A stretch of DNA of 50,021 bases from an uncultured Bacilli bacterium (GCA_947598395.1 CANQFG010000005.1:1-50021); one strand, 5' to 3'. Positions 10,098 through 19,130 are shown, counted from the stretch's first letter. Notes: a model not told the origin generated them from the sequence alone. Program-made: numbers and translations.

Positions 10098-11876
10098 CTA
10101 TTGTGGAGCTAAGGAAATGCGGAAGCCAGCACCATTATAGATAGTGTCACTGTACCTAAAGAAATCGAACTGCCCCGCTATAACTCCGTAGTCGGAAACG
10201 CCGCCTCGATGGAACCACGGGTTCGACGCTTCAACGAAATGGGAACCGTCAGCGTACCAACTGTTGTGCCACCTCCAATTGTTATCAGTATCTTCATAAC
10301 GAGTAAATGGCCCCATCTCTCCTGTTGCATCTCCTAAAATCATTTTGTTATAAGATGTCGTTGTACTATCTTTAGCATATACATCGACAAATCTTTCATC
10401 TAAACTTTGTAATTCCTCTTTACTAAATCCAGTTTTATCTTCACTGGATTCTTGGACATAAGATGCCATATATTCCCAAGCTCCTCCAGACATATCGTAG
10501 ACACCCGTTATATTTCCCGTGGTACTGGCAGTAAATCCATTGAAAGTATTCCATGGAGTATTAAACGGTTCACCATCGCCTGTTTCGCCAAGGATTTTAC
10601 TTTGGTCTATTGTTGGTAACGCCGCATATCCAGTTTTATGTGCACTATTGTTATTAATAGTTAATTCTTTATTTATTCCAAATATTGAATGTGATAGATA
10701 GGCAACGGCTCCCCATTCAGTGTTTTTCATCATATGCGATTGTAAGCTTTCTTTATAATTTTGTGAAGCTTCAAACATATTTTTTACTGTATTGCTTCTC
10801 CACGAATAAACATCTGGTTTTATGATTATATGACTTGAATCATTATTATTTATTCGCGCTTCAACTTCTTTTTTTGCTTCTTTGTATCCCGTTTCAAACT
10901 TTCCAACCCAGAAGCCATCTACTCCAAATGATTTAAATGCAGGATGTGTCATATATTCCCCATTATTACAGTTTCCTATATTTCCACTTTCCATTGGTGT
11001 TGCACATGATACACCTTCAATATCTTCAGTGTCTTTAGTATCAAATTCTATTTCTATAGAATGCACATTATATAATGGATCTTCAACTTCAACATTCCAT
11101 AACCGATATTTATACTTTGGTATCCACACAAACATTGCTTCAATGTTGTCCATGTCAATTTTTTGATTATCTTCTGGTGCTGTCTCACCATCTTTTAAGA
11201 TGACTGCGTTCGCCCATTTTTTATCACAATAATCATACCAACTTTCATTATCTTCGCTTACTTTTGTTACTGTTCCATCATCACTTATTGTAACTGGTAT
11301 AAGCTTATCATTTGTTCCTAAATTTGGCTTTGCTACACTATCACAGTAATTATCCGCAATATATGTACTTGATTCTTTTTCTCTTTCACCTGGATTTACA
11401 GTAAGACTACATTTAAACTTTTCGTCAATTTCTTCTGTACTTACGTTCTTTAGTTCTACTGTTATCGTTCCTTTTCGACTCTCTTGGGCTTTTACTGTTA
11501 AACTTATTGGACTTGCTGTAATTTCCGTATATTTACTAGTTATTTCATCGCTTTCTTGATTTTCAGCATCAAGTCGCTTACATTCGATAGCTACAGTAGC
11601 ATCATATTGTTTACTATTATTCATTACTTGATATTCTAAGATACTTCTATCTCCTTTTTTACTTAATTCTTTGGTTGTAAATGTAATACTCTTTTTGGTT
11701 GTATCAATTAGTTCTTCACTTTTTACTTCACCATCAAGTATTGCTTCACTAAAGTATACATCAAAGTCTTTGGTATCATATCCATAATTTATTGTTCCAT
11801 TTATTACTAGTGATGTTGTTACTGCTGCAAATCCTATGCTCATTAATATTAATGCTACAACTATTCCTTTTTTCAT
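10098..11876 (-). CDS. exported protein with C-terminal C-type lectin/FGE-sulfatase-like fold (paralogue A; candidate DGR target)
   Basis: Signal peptide; HMMKNTEWGAVAYL, GNITGVYDMSGGAWEY, PWFHRGG and terminal GFRISL parallel the FGE-sulfatase/CLec motifs (EW, GLYDMxGNxWEW, RGG, GFR). Confidence 0.8.
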   Translation of the reverse strand: MKKGIVVALILMSIGFAAVTTSLVINGTINYGYDTKDFDVYFSEAILDGEVKSEELIDTTKKSITFTTKELSKKGDRSILEYQVMNNSKQYDATVAIECKRLDAENQESDEITSKYTEITASPISLTVKAQESRKGTITVELKNVSTEEIDEKFKCSLTVNPGEREKESSTYIADNYCDSVAKPNLGTNDKLIPVTISDDGTVTKVSEDNESWYDYCDKKWANAVILKDGETAPEDNQKIDMDNIEAMFVWIPKYKYRLWNVEVEDPLYNVHSIEIEFDTKDTEDIEGVSCATPMESGNIGNCNNGEYMTHPAFKSFGVDGFWVGKFETGYKEAKKEVEARINNNDSSHIIIKPDVYSWRSNTVKNMFEASQNYKESLQSHMMKNTEWGAVAYLSHSIFGINKELTINNNSAHKTGYAALPTIDQSKILGETGDGEPFNTPWNTFNGFTASTTGNITGVYDMSGGAWEYMASYVQESSEDKTGFSKEELQSLDERFVDVYAKDSTTTSYNKMILGDATGEMGPFTRYEDTDNNWRWHNSWYADGSHFVEASNPWFHRGGVSDYGVIAGQFDFFRYSDTIYNGAGFRISLAPQ

Positions 11877-11934
11877 GTCAATCTCTGCTCCTATTTTCCA
11901 TTTTCTCTATTGTATTGCACCCCCCCCAGTTGCA
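11874..11934 (-). repeat. conserved promoter/leader element, copy 1 (G8)
   Basis: TGCAACT-G8-TGCAATACAATAGAGAAAATGGAAAATAGGAGCAGAGATTGACATG; identical to copy 2 over 61 bp. Confidence 0.95.
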
Positions 11935-11946
11935 GTTTTTCAAAAT

Positions 11947-11968
11947 AAAAAAAGACACTTGAGTGCCT
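11947..11968 (-). terminator. intrinsic terminator of the Fic gene, abutting element copy 1
   Basis: AGGCAC-TCAA-GTGTCT followed by a T run on the minus strand. Confidence 0.65.
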
Positions 11969-12001
11969 AAATTATTTACTTAATTATTTTATAAGTAATT
12001 A

Positions 12002-13009
12002 CTATAGCATGTTTTTATAGTACATTTGCCTTCTACTTGTTGGTTTATCAGGAATTGTTTGTTTAACTAAACCCTCTTTAATCGCCGGATCTAAATATGT
12101 CTTTCTCAAAGTTTCTTTTGATTTGATTCCCAATTTATCCATTATTTCGTTGGCTGTCATTGGCACATTTACTTCTAAAACACTTAAAAGTTTATTTATA
12201 TTAATTGCTTCTTCCGTTAATGCAGTAGTAGCATTATTAATAAAATCACTTAATATTTCATCAAACATATTTAACATAAATTCTATAAATAATGTCGAGT
12301 CACCATTTTTATTACATTTATCAATTACATCATAATAATCATTTTGATATTTAAGTAATTGAGATTCAATTGGAATATATTCAAATATATCTTTCCATTT
12401 AGACAATATTACATTTTGCCATAATCGGGAAATTCGACCATTGCCATCTGAAAAAGGGTGAATAAAGACAAATTCATAATGAAAAACAGAAGATAATATT
12501 AAAGGATGAATTTTATTTTTATTTTCTTTCATCCAATTAAATAAGGAGTTCATCAGTATCTTTACTTGATCAGGGGAAGGACAAACATGAATACAGTTGC
12601 CATGTTCATCAAATACACCTTCATCATCTATTCTAAACTTGCCATTATCTTCAATAATTAAATGCATCATCATTTCATGAGCTTTTTTTAAATCTCTTAA
12701 AGAATACGGATTAAACTCTTTTATCATTTCATATGTTTTATAGGAATTTTTTATTTCTTGAATTTCTTTTTGTGGACCAAAGACAAGCTTGCCATCAATA
12801 ACATCTTTTACTTGATTTAAAGATAATGAATTTGCTTCAATTGCCAAAGACGAATGAATGGATTTTATTGTGTTATTTTTTCTAAGTATTGGCATTTTAT
12901 TTAAATTGATATGATTGTTTAACTTACCTAATTTTTCCATTATGCTTGATATATAATTTAACATTTCATTAGTAATTGTAAATGATACATTAAAATCACT
13001 CATGGTCAT
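12002..13009 (-). CDS. Fic family protein with C-terminal helix-turn-helix-like region
   Basis: HPFSDGNGRISR Fic motif; N-terminal SSLAIEAN resembling the inhibitory helix; C-terminal TANEIMDKLGIKSKETLRKTYL. Confidence 0.92.
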   Translation of the reverse strand: MTMSDFNVSFTITNEMLNYISSIMEKLGKLNNHINLNKMPILRKNNTIKSIHSSLAIEANSLSLNQVKDVIDGKLVFGPQKEIQEIKNSYKTYEMIKEFNPYSLRDLKKAHEMMMHLIIEDNGKFRIDDEGVFDEHGNCIHVCPSPDQVKILMNSLFNWMKENKNKIHPLILSSVFHYEFVFIHPFSDGNGRISRLWQNVILSKWKDIFEYIPIESQLLKYQNDYYDVIDKCNKNGDSTLFIEFMLNMFDEILSDFINNATTALTEEAININKLLSVLEVNVPMTANEIMDKLGIKSKETLRKTYLDPAIKEGLVKQTIPDKPTSRRQMYYKNML

Positions 13010-13058
13010 CCCCCTACATGTTTATTATAAAACAAAATATAAAAAAATAAGTAAGATA

Positions 13059-13102
13059 TCTTGCTTAAATTTTGCTTAATTCTTGCTTAATTCTTGCTTA
13101 TT
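13059..13102. repeat. 4 x 11-bp tandem direct repeat (core TTGCTTA)
   Basis: TTGCTTA starts at 13061, 13072, 13083 and 13094, upstream of the Fic start. Confidence 0.9.
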
Positions 13103-13109
13103 TATAATA

Positions 13110-14567
13110 TTAATTAGTTGGATGCTTATTTTCACCAGCAAGAACAATCCGAAATCCATTACTAGCTTCTAAAGCACCAGAATGGCGATTAAATTCGAAT
13201 TGTCCGCCATTTGATCCATCTGTATATGGTCCTCCCCGACGAAACCAAGAATTCGAAGAGTCAATAAAATAAGCAATATCGCCATACCAGCCATTGTGAA
13301 AGTCGTTCGAGCTTCCCCCAGTTACATATTGCCTAAAAGGTCCCATTTCTCCGGTTGCATCTCCAAGAATCATATATTGATAAGAGTCACCTGTACTATT
13401 TGCATTATATACATCGTAATAATCATCATTATACATATCATTTAATAATGTACTATTAAATCCACTGTTTCCGTATTTTCCAAATGTATAGCTTGCCATA
13501 GTATCAAAAGCTCCACCCGACATATCATATACACCGGTAATATTCCCAGTGGTACTGGCTATATAACCAACATTTGTATTCCATTGTTGATTATAAGAAT
13601 TATCATCGCCCGTAATTCCTGGAAAAGTTTGCTGATTTGTAGAAGGTAAGGCAGAATATCCAGTTTTATATGAACTTTTATTATTAATGTTTATTTCTCT
13701 ATCTATTCCATACTTTGAATGGGATAGATATGCTACGGCTCCCCATTCCGTATTCTTCATCATATGCGAGTCTAAGTCGCGTTCATAATCGTATGCTGCT
13801 TCAAACATATTTTTGACCGGATTATTTCGCCATGAAAAAGCATTTGGTTTTACAACAATATAACTTGGATCGTTGCTACTGACTTGAGCTTGAGCGGTTG
13901 TTGTTGCATTTTTATATCCTGTCTCAAATTTGCCGACCCAAAAACCATCGACATCAAATGAAATAAATGCTGGATGTGTCATATATTCCCCATTACTGCA
14001 GTTCCCAATATTTCCACTCTCCATTGGAGTTTCACATGATACACCATTTTTTTCAATTGTATTTGTCGTATCGAAAACAATATCTATTGAATGTTTTTGT
14101 TCAATTGAATCTTTTCCAGTGGAATTGACATTCCATAATTTATATTTATACTTTGGTATCCATACAAACATCGATTCTATATTAATCATTTCAATTGCTT
14201 GATTATCATTCGGAATTGGCACACTATCATTTAAGATTACTGCATTGGCCCATTTCTTCTCACAATAGTTATACCAATTCGGATTATTTTTATTTACTTT
14301 TGTTACTGTCCCATTGTCATCTATTATTACTGGTATTATTTTTTCTTCATTTCCTAAATTAGGTTCAGCAACATTATTACATGAATCATTAGTATTACTT
14401 CCCTTACTTTTATATAAATCATTTAAAGCATCACTTACCGTATCGACGTCCCAGTTAATATCACTAGCATTATACTCGATATCTTTCGCATTACATAGAT
14501 TCAGAGCAACGACACTTATAGCACTTAAAGATAGTCCAATTAATATTCCCAAAATTACTTTTTTCAT
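13110..14567 (-). CDS. exported CLec/FGE-sulfatase-like protein (paralogue B, different N-terminal module)
   Basis: Aligns with A/C/D from SCNNVAEPNLG onward (KWANAVIL, MFVWIPKYKY, THPAF, GFWVGKFE, GVYDMSGG, WFRRGG, GFRIVL). The N-terminus is short and unrelated (AKDIEY...WDVDTVSDALNDLY). Confidence 0.8.
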   Translation of the reverse strand: MKKVILGILIGLSLSAISVVALNLCNAKDIEYNASDINWDVDTVSDALNDLYKSKGSNTNDSCNNVAEPNLGNEEKIIPVIIDDNGTVTKVNKNNPNWYNYCEKKWANAVILNDSVPIPNDNQAIEMINIESMFVWIPKYKYKLWNVNSTGKDSIEQKHSIDIVFDTTNTIEKNGVSCETPMESGNIGNCSNGEYMTHPAFISFDVDGFWVGKFETGYKNATTTAQAQVSSNDPSYIVVKPNAFSWRNNPVKNMFEAAYDYERDLDSHMMKNTEWGAVAYLSHSKYGIDREININNKSSYKTGYSALPSTNQQTFPGITGDDNSYNQQWNTNVGYIASTTGNITGVYDMSGGAFDTMASYTFGKYGNSGFNSTLLNDMYNDDYYDVYNANSTGDSYQYMILGDATGEMGPFRQYVTGGSSNDFHNGWYGDIAYFIDSSNSWFRRGGPYTDGSNGGQFEFNRHSGALEASNGFRIVLAGENKHPTN

Positions 14568-14625
14568 GTCAATCTCTGCTCCTATTTTCCATTTTCTCTA
14601 TTGTATTGCACCCCCCCCAGTTGCA
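14565..14625 (-). repeat. conserved promoter/leader element, copy 2 (G8)
   Basis: Identical to 11874-11934. Confidence 0.95.
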
Positions 14626-14713
14626 TTTTTTCTAAAAAGAAAAAAGACTCTAAAAGCCCTTTTTTATATAACAAATAGCAAGCATAGTTTTTATAATTAC
14701 TTTACACATATTT

Positions 14714-14741
14714 AACATTTTGCCGACGTCGGTAAAATGTT
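14714..14741. repeat. 28-bp near-perfect palindrome
   Basis: AACATTTTGCCGAC|GTCGGTAAAATGTT with one mismatch. Confidence 0.85.
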
Positions 14742-14760
14742 CACCTGACTTTGTGATTTA

Positions 14761-15309
14761 TTATTTTCTTTTACTATAACCTCTTTTTATCTTTACTACT
14801 TTTAATATTATTAAACCAGTTATTATAATAATGACAGCTATACCTATTATTATAATTAAATTATTATTATCATTCTTATAAATATTTTTATTTAATTCTA
14901 AACAATCATCCGTATTTAAATTACTTTTTATACGATAAACTAAATCACAATAGTCATCATTTTTTAAATAACTTTCAATTACTTTATCTAATTTTTTACG
15001 ATCTAATTTATAGAAATAGTTAGAACCAATTATTATTAATGGATATTTATTATCTTTAAAATTTAACAACTCTCTTGTGTTTGTATAAACATCTTTTTCT
15101 TCTTCAACATTAATTTCATTTAATATAATACGGGAATTTTCTTTATGTTTTTCCTCAACATATTTTTTTATTTCTTCACAACTTTGACAATCACTACTGA
15201 TAAAAAGATGAATATTTAAATCACGTTTATCTACTGAGGTTGCTACGGCAGCATTAATTGTTAGAGGAAAAAGACAAAGTAAAAATATCAATATAAATAA
15301 TCTTTTCAT
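14761..15309 (-). CDS. exported thioredoxin/glutaredoxin-fold protein with C-terminal membrane anchor
   Basis: Signal peptide, LFISSDCQSC (CxxC), YPLIIIG cis-Pro-like loop, and a C-terminal TM followed by a basic tail. Confidence 0.75.
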   Translation of the reverse strand: MKRLFILIFLLCLFPLTINAAVATSVDKRDLNIHLFISSDCQSCEEIKKYVEEKHKENSRIILNEINVEEEKDVYTNTRELLNFKDNKYPLIIIGSNYFYKLDRKKLDKVIESYLKNDDYCDLVYRIKSNLNTDDCLELNKNIYKNDNNNLIIIIGIAVIIIITGLIILKVVKIKRGYSKRK

Positions 15310-15398
15310 TTGACCACCTTACAACTTAAATATATCATATTATACTTGTAATTCATATAATTAATTGACAAGAAAAAAGGCATGAATTTAATCATACC

Positions 15399-18300
15399 CT
15401 ATTCTTTTATTACTAGATTAACTTCTCCAGCTTCGTTATGTTCTGCTTCTTGCTCACCATTTAAGTAATATAGTTTTACTTTATCTTTAAAATTTCTACC
15501 ACCAGTAATGGTCAAATCAGAATAATCAGTATTTTCATCAGCTTCAAGAGCAATCTTTAAGATCTTATCCGAACTATTAAACCAATCATATCCTAAATCA
15601 ATTGTTGCGTTTATCTTATCAGTTGGTTTCTTAATTCTAATACCATATTCATGTTCACCAACAAAATCAGCTTCTGTTTGGGTAATATCGAGTTTTGCTC
15701 CATTTTCAAACGATTCGATGATGATAAATTCCTTCGTTTCACTGGCTCCTTTAAAATCATTGCCAATTAAACGTGAATGTTTATCACCGATGAGATCTTT
15801 GGATAATTGGCCTTTAAAGTCAATTAGACTAGTGGCATTAGAACCATCAAAAACATTATAGAATAAAACCGTTGTTGGATTTGTATGAGTATAACATAAA
15901 ATATTATCCCAATTACTGCCAATATTATTAGCTTTGTAATTAACTTGCGAAGAATTAAAGCCCGTTCCCTCAATAGTTACTACTGATTTTGTTTCACTAT
16001 TAGCTATAGTATTACCAGTTATACTCATCAATGAGAATCGTACATTATCACCACTTACTTTAATCTTACCTTTTAAAGCACCATTTACTTCATTAACACC
16101 TGATACTTTACCAGTAATAGTAATGTCACTCGCTGTTATGTCAAGTTCTTTAGTTAAAGTGATTTCATTTTTTATAATGACAATTTTATTATTACTATCA
16201 GCTTTGACGGCCTCAATTAAACTTTCTTCATCTTCTACTTGAACAGTACCTTGTTTATAATCAACTTTATAAATTATGCCATATGAACCATCTTGTGTTG
16301 GATTGACAGTACCATAGTCATAAGTAGCACCACTATTCGCCCATTTGTCGACCGTATAGGTTCCCAAAGAACCATCATAAGTTGTAAGATACTTAATATC
16401 TTTAGCCGGTTCAGCATTATTGCCATCTGTATCTTTGCCTTTTTCTTTATCAAAATAAATAGTATATATAACTGGCTTATTAGTAATAGAACGATCGCCA
16501 TTATAGACTAATTTAAGCCACTTATTGCTCTTAGAGGCATCGAGATAATGGTTGATGTAGCTGTAGTTTTTAGCTACTAAGGTATCGCCAATATAGATAT
16601 CTTTTTCGGCATCATAACCACTATTTTTATCGAATTTCTTTACATCGTAAAGTGTTTCTACTTTAGTTAAATCTGTTACTTCTATCTTATGATTATTTTT
16701 TTGTTCTTTTGGAATGCGAACTAGCGGTTTCTCGTAAGATTCATTAGAATAGGTAATTTTACTCTTATCACCTTTTAATGTTACTTTGCCATTTAATTCG
16801 ATTCCGGCTTCAGTATTATTCGATAAGTCGACAGTATCAAGATTAACTGTACCAGCCGTAGCAAGTATTCCCACTTTAGCTCCCGTCAATTTGATATTTT
16901 TAAATGTTACTTCGCCACCAGTTACTTTAAAAATAGATTCTCCATTACCCGTAATTGTATTGTTGTCATCCGTTCCAGAGATGGTAACTTTGCGACTGAC
17001 TTGATATTCTTTATTGACATTAAGAGCTTTTGTAACATAAATAGTATTGACTTCCTTAGCTGCTAAAGCTTCATTTAATTCCGTTTCATTTTGGATAACT
17101 CTAAAATCAGCAGTAAAAGTCAAACTATAATCTTTTTTTTCATCAAACTCAACTAAAGCATCACCTTTCTTTTCAAAAGAAATGGTTATAGTTTTAGTAA
17201 TTAATTCATCTAAATCCGTTTTTTCAGTTAGTAAAGTATTTTCAATGGCTGTTTTTATTGCATCATCATCACTACTGGTGATATCTGCCGTCTTATCATC
17301 TAATTTAAGCGTTATCTTTTCAAACTCATTAGTTTTTAAAGCTTCGGCAATAATTGGCGACAATAATTCACTTAATTTTTCTTTACTTAGATCATTTTTC
17401 TTAATATTAAGGGTAATGTTCGTTCCATCGATCGTTGGCTTATCATAATTTTCATCGCCCTCAATGCCATTTACTTTAGCATTGATATATTTACTTACTA
17501 AGATCGTCCAATTGGGATTTAAGGTAATATCCTCATTGACGACAGTCTTATCAAACTCAAATAATTCGTTTTTAGTATCAGTCCATTTAGTAAATTCATG
17601 GTATTCATCATATGTAGGATCATCTACTAACTCTTTTTTAATAGTTTCGCCCGGATATAATTTTAAAACTTTATTTTGTTCTGGTTCACGATAATTGAAA
17701 GTTGCCGTAATATGTTTAATCAAATTAATACCCGAATAATCTAATGTAAACTTCGCAGGAATATACAAATCTTCACTGCCATCTAAATCGACCGTAAATT
17801 CAAATTGACAATTTTTAGCTTCTTGTTTACAATTTTCTATTTTACTAGGTTGAATAGATAATAAGACACTTAGACCATATTCATCATTAATTATTGTAGT
17901 TGGATTTTCAGTACCATGCTTAATCGGTCTCGTAACCGTCGTCTTGCCGATGATGACACTCGTTGGATTAATATTGTATGGAATATAGAAGTTAGTTACT
18001 TCATCGCCAGTAAAAATGCCATCTTTTATAACTTGTTCATGAACATCGCCACTTATTTTAAAGACATTGTCTTCTCTTGTTACAGTTAGATCATCCATGA
18101 AGTTATAGCCATAGACATCTTCAAAATGCGTTTTATCATTTCCTTCCGGAATGGTGGCTTTGACATCGACATCATTCATAATCGTGTTCTTTTGAGTCGT
18201 TAGCTTACTTAAGTCAATGGTATAAGTAGTCGGTGCATATATTTCCTTTTGGCCATCATAATCTAACGTAATTTCCAATTTTTGATATTCTGATGCCGAT

Positions 18301-19115
18301 TTATAGGCAAATAACATGGCAATACCGGTATCGCTATCGAAAGTATTTTTGGTAAATGTTTTCGTACTCGTCGTCTTTTCATTTCCTTGTTGATTGAGAA
18401 CTTTAATGGTAATAGTACTATCATTCGTAACTAGATCTTTATTTTCAAAATCGACATAATAAGAGAAATAATATTTTGTCAAATCATCGCCTTGAAAGAC
18501 ATTATTTAAATTCCCATCGAATTTCTTTAATAAACCCGTTAAGTTATATTGATTAGATCCCGTAGATTCCAACTTTAAATTTTCCGAATTGGCCGTATTG
18601 CCATTAGTAAAGCCATAAGTTTCCTCGATCAATCTTTGATAAGCATCCTTATTACTATCACCATAACCTAGATCGATTTTAGCTTGCGTCGGCGTCTTTA
18701 AGATTTCATAATCGATATATTTGATATTGATCTTTTTATTATCGTCGGTAGCGCTGAGGCTTTGGTTTAAATCAGTTTTACCTAAATAATTATTTTGAAT
18801 TTTCCATTCATTGCCCTCTTTTTTGACATAATTAATCGTCATGGCATCATAGATAGCTTCCCCTCTTATCGCCCCTTCGGCATCACCAACAGATCGTGCG
18901 CCAAGCATAAAGTCTTGAATCGATAACTTGGTATTGTCTCCTTGACCATAAGTACTTGTAAATACATATTCGCCTACTACGTAATACCAAGTTGCACCCT
19001 TCTCTTCAACGGCAGCATTTAATTCTTTAAAATTGACTTCTCTGGCCATTGGTTGCATTGTACCAATAAAGAATAGAGCTATAAATAACCATAATTTTTT
19101 CATTTTCCTACTCAT
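15399..19115 (-). CDS. large secreted surface protein (InlB B-repeat-like and beta-helix-like segments)
   Basis: Signal peptide; PTYDEYHEFTKW...FEFDKTVVNEDITLNPNW B-repeat; two helix-cap motifs (IQNETELNEAL, VEDEESLIEAV) followed by beta-rich repeats. Confidence 0.75.
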   Translation of the reverse strand: MSRKMKKLWLFIALFFIGTMQPMAREVNFKELNAAVEEKGATWYYVVGEYVFTSTYGQGDNTKLSIQDFMLGARSVGDAEGAIRGEAIYDAMTINYVKKEGNEWKIQNNYLGKTDLNQSLSATDDNKKINIKYIDYEILKTPTQAKIDLGYGDSNKDAYQRLIEETYGFTNGNTANSENLKLESTGSNQYNLTGLLKKFDGNLNNVFQGDDLTKYYFSYYVDFENKDLVTNDSTITIKVLNQQGNEKTTSTKTFTKNTFDSDTGIAMLFAYKSASEYQKLEITLDYDGQKEIYAPTTYTIDLSKLTTQKNTIMNDVDVKATIPEGNDKTHFEDVYGYNFMDDLTVTREDNVFKISGDVHEQVIKDGIFTGDEVTNFYIPYNINPTSVIIGKTTVTRPIKHGTENPTTIINDEYGLSVLLSIQPSKIENCKQEAKNCQFEFTVDLDGSEDLYIPAKFTLDYSGINLIKHITATFNYREPEQNKVLKLYPGETIKKELVDDPTYDEYHEFTKWTDTKNELFEFDKTVVNEDITLNPNWTILVSKYINAKVNGIEGDENYDKPTIDGTNITLNIKKNDLSKEKLSELLSPIIAEALKTNEFEKITLKLDDKTADITSSDDDAIKTAIENTLLTEKTDLDELITKTITISFEKKGDALVEFDEKKDYSLTFTADFRVIQNETELNEALAAKEVNTIYVTKALNVNKEYQVSRKVTISGTDDNNTITGNGESIFKVTGGEVTFKNIKLTGAKVGILATAGTVNLDTVDLSNNTEAGIELNGKVTLKGDKSKITYSNESYEKPLVRIPKEQKNNHKIEVTDLTKVETLYDVKKFDKNSGYDAEKDIYIGDTLVAKNYSYINHYLDASKSNKWLKLVYNGDRSITNKPVIYTIYFDKEKGKDTDGNNAEPAKDIKYLTTYDGSLGTYTVDKWANSGATYDYGTVNPTQDGSYGIIYKVDYKQGTVQVEDEESLIEAVKADSNNKIVIIKNEITLTKELDITASDITITGKVSGVNEVNGALKGKIKVSGDNVRFSLMSITGNTIANSETKSVVTIEGTGFNSSQVNYKANNIGSNWDNILCYTHTNPTTVLFYNVFDGSNATSLIDFKGQLSKDLIGDKHSRLIGNDFKGASETKEFIIIESFENGAKLDITQTEADFVGEHEYGIRIKKPTDKINATIDLGYDWFNSSDKILKIALEADENTDYSDLTITGGRNFKDKVKLYYLNGEQEAEHNEAGEVNLVIKE

Positions 19116-19130
19116 TTTAATACTTCCTTT

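Noticed and set aside
13059-13102. CRISPR array
   Set aside because: The units are 11 bp, contiguous and without spacers, and there are no cas genes.
14314-14715. Plus-strand ORFs containing MSISAPIFHFLYCIAPPP (also 40310-40498)
   Set aside because: The shared peptide is just the antisense translation of the repeated promoter element; the ORFs overlap real genes and lack an RBS.
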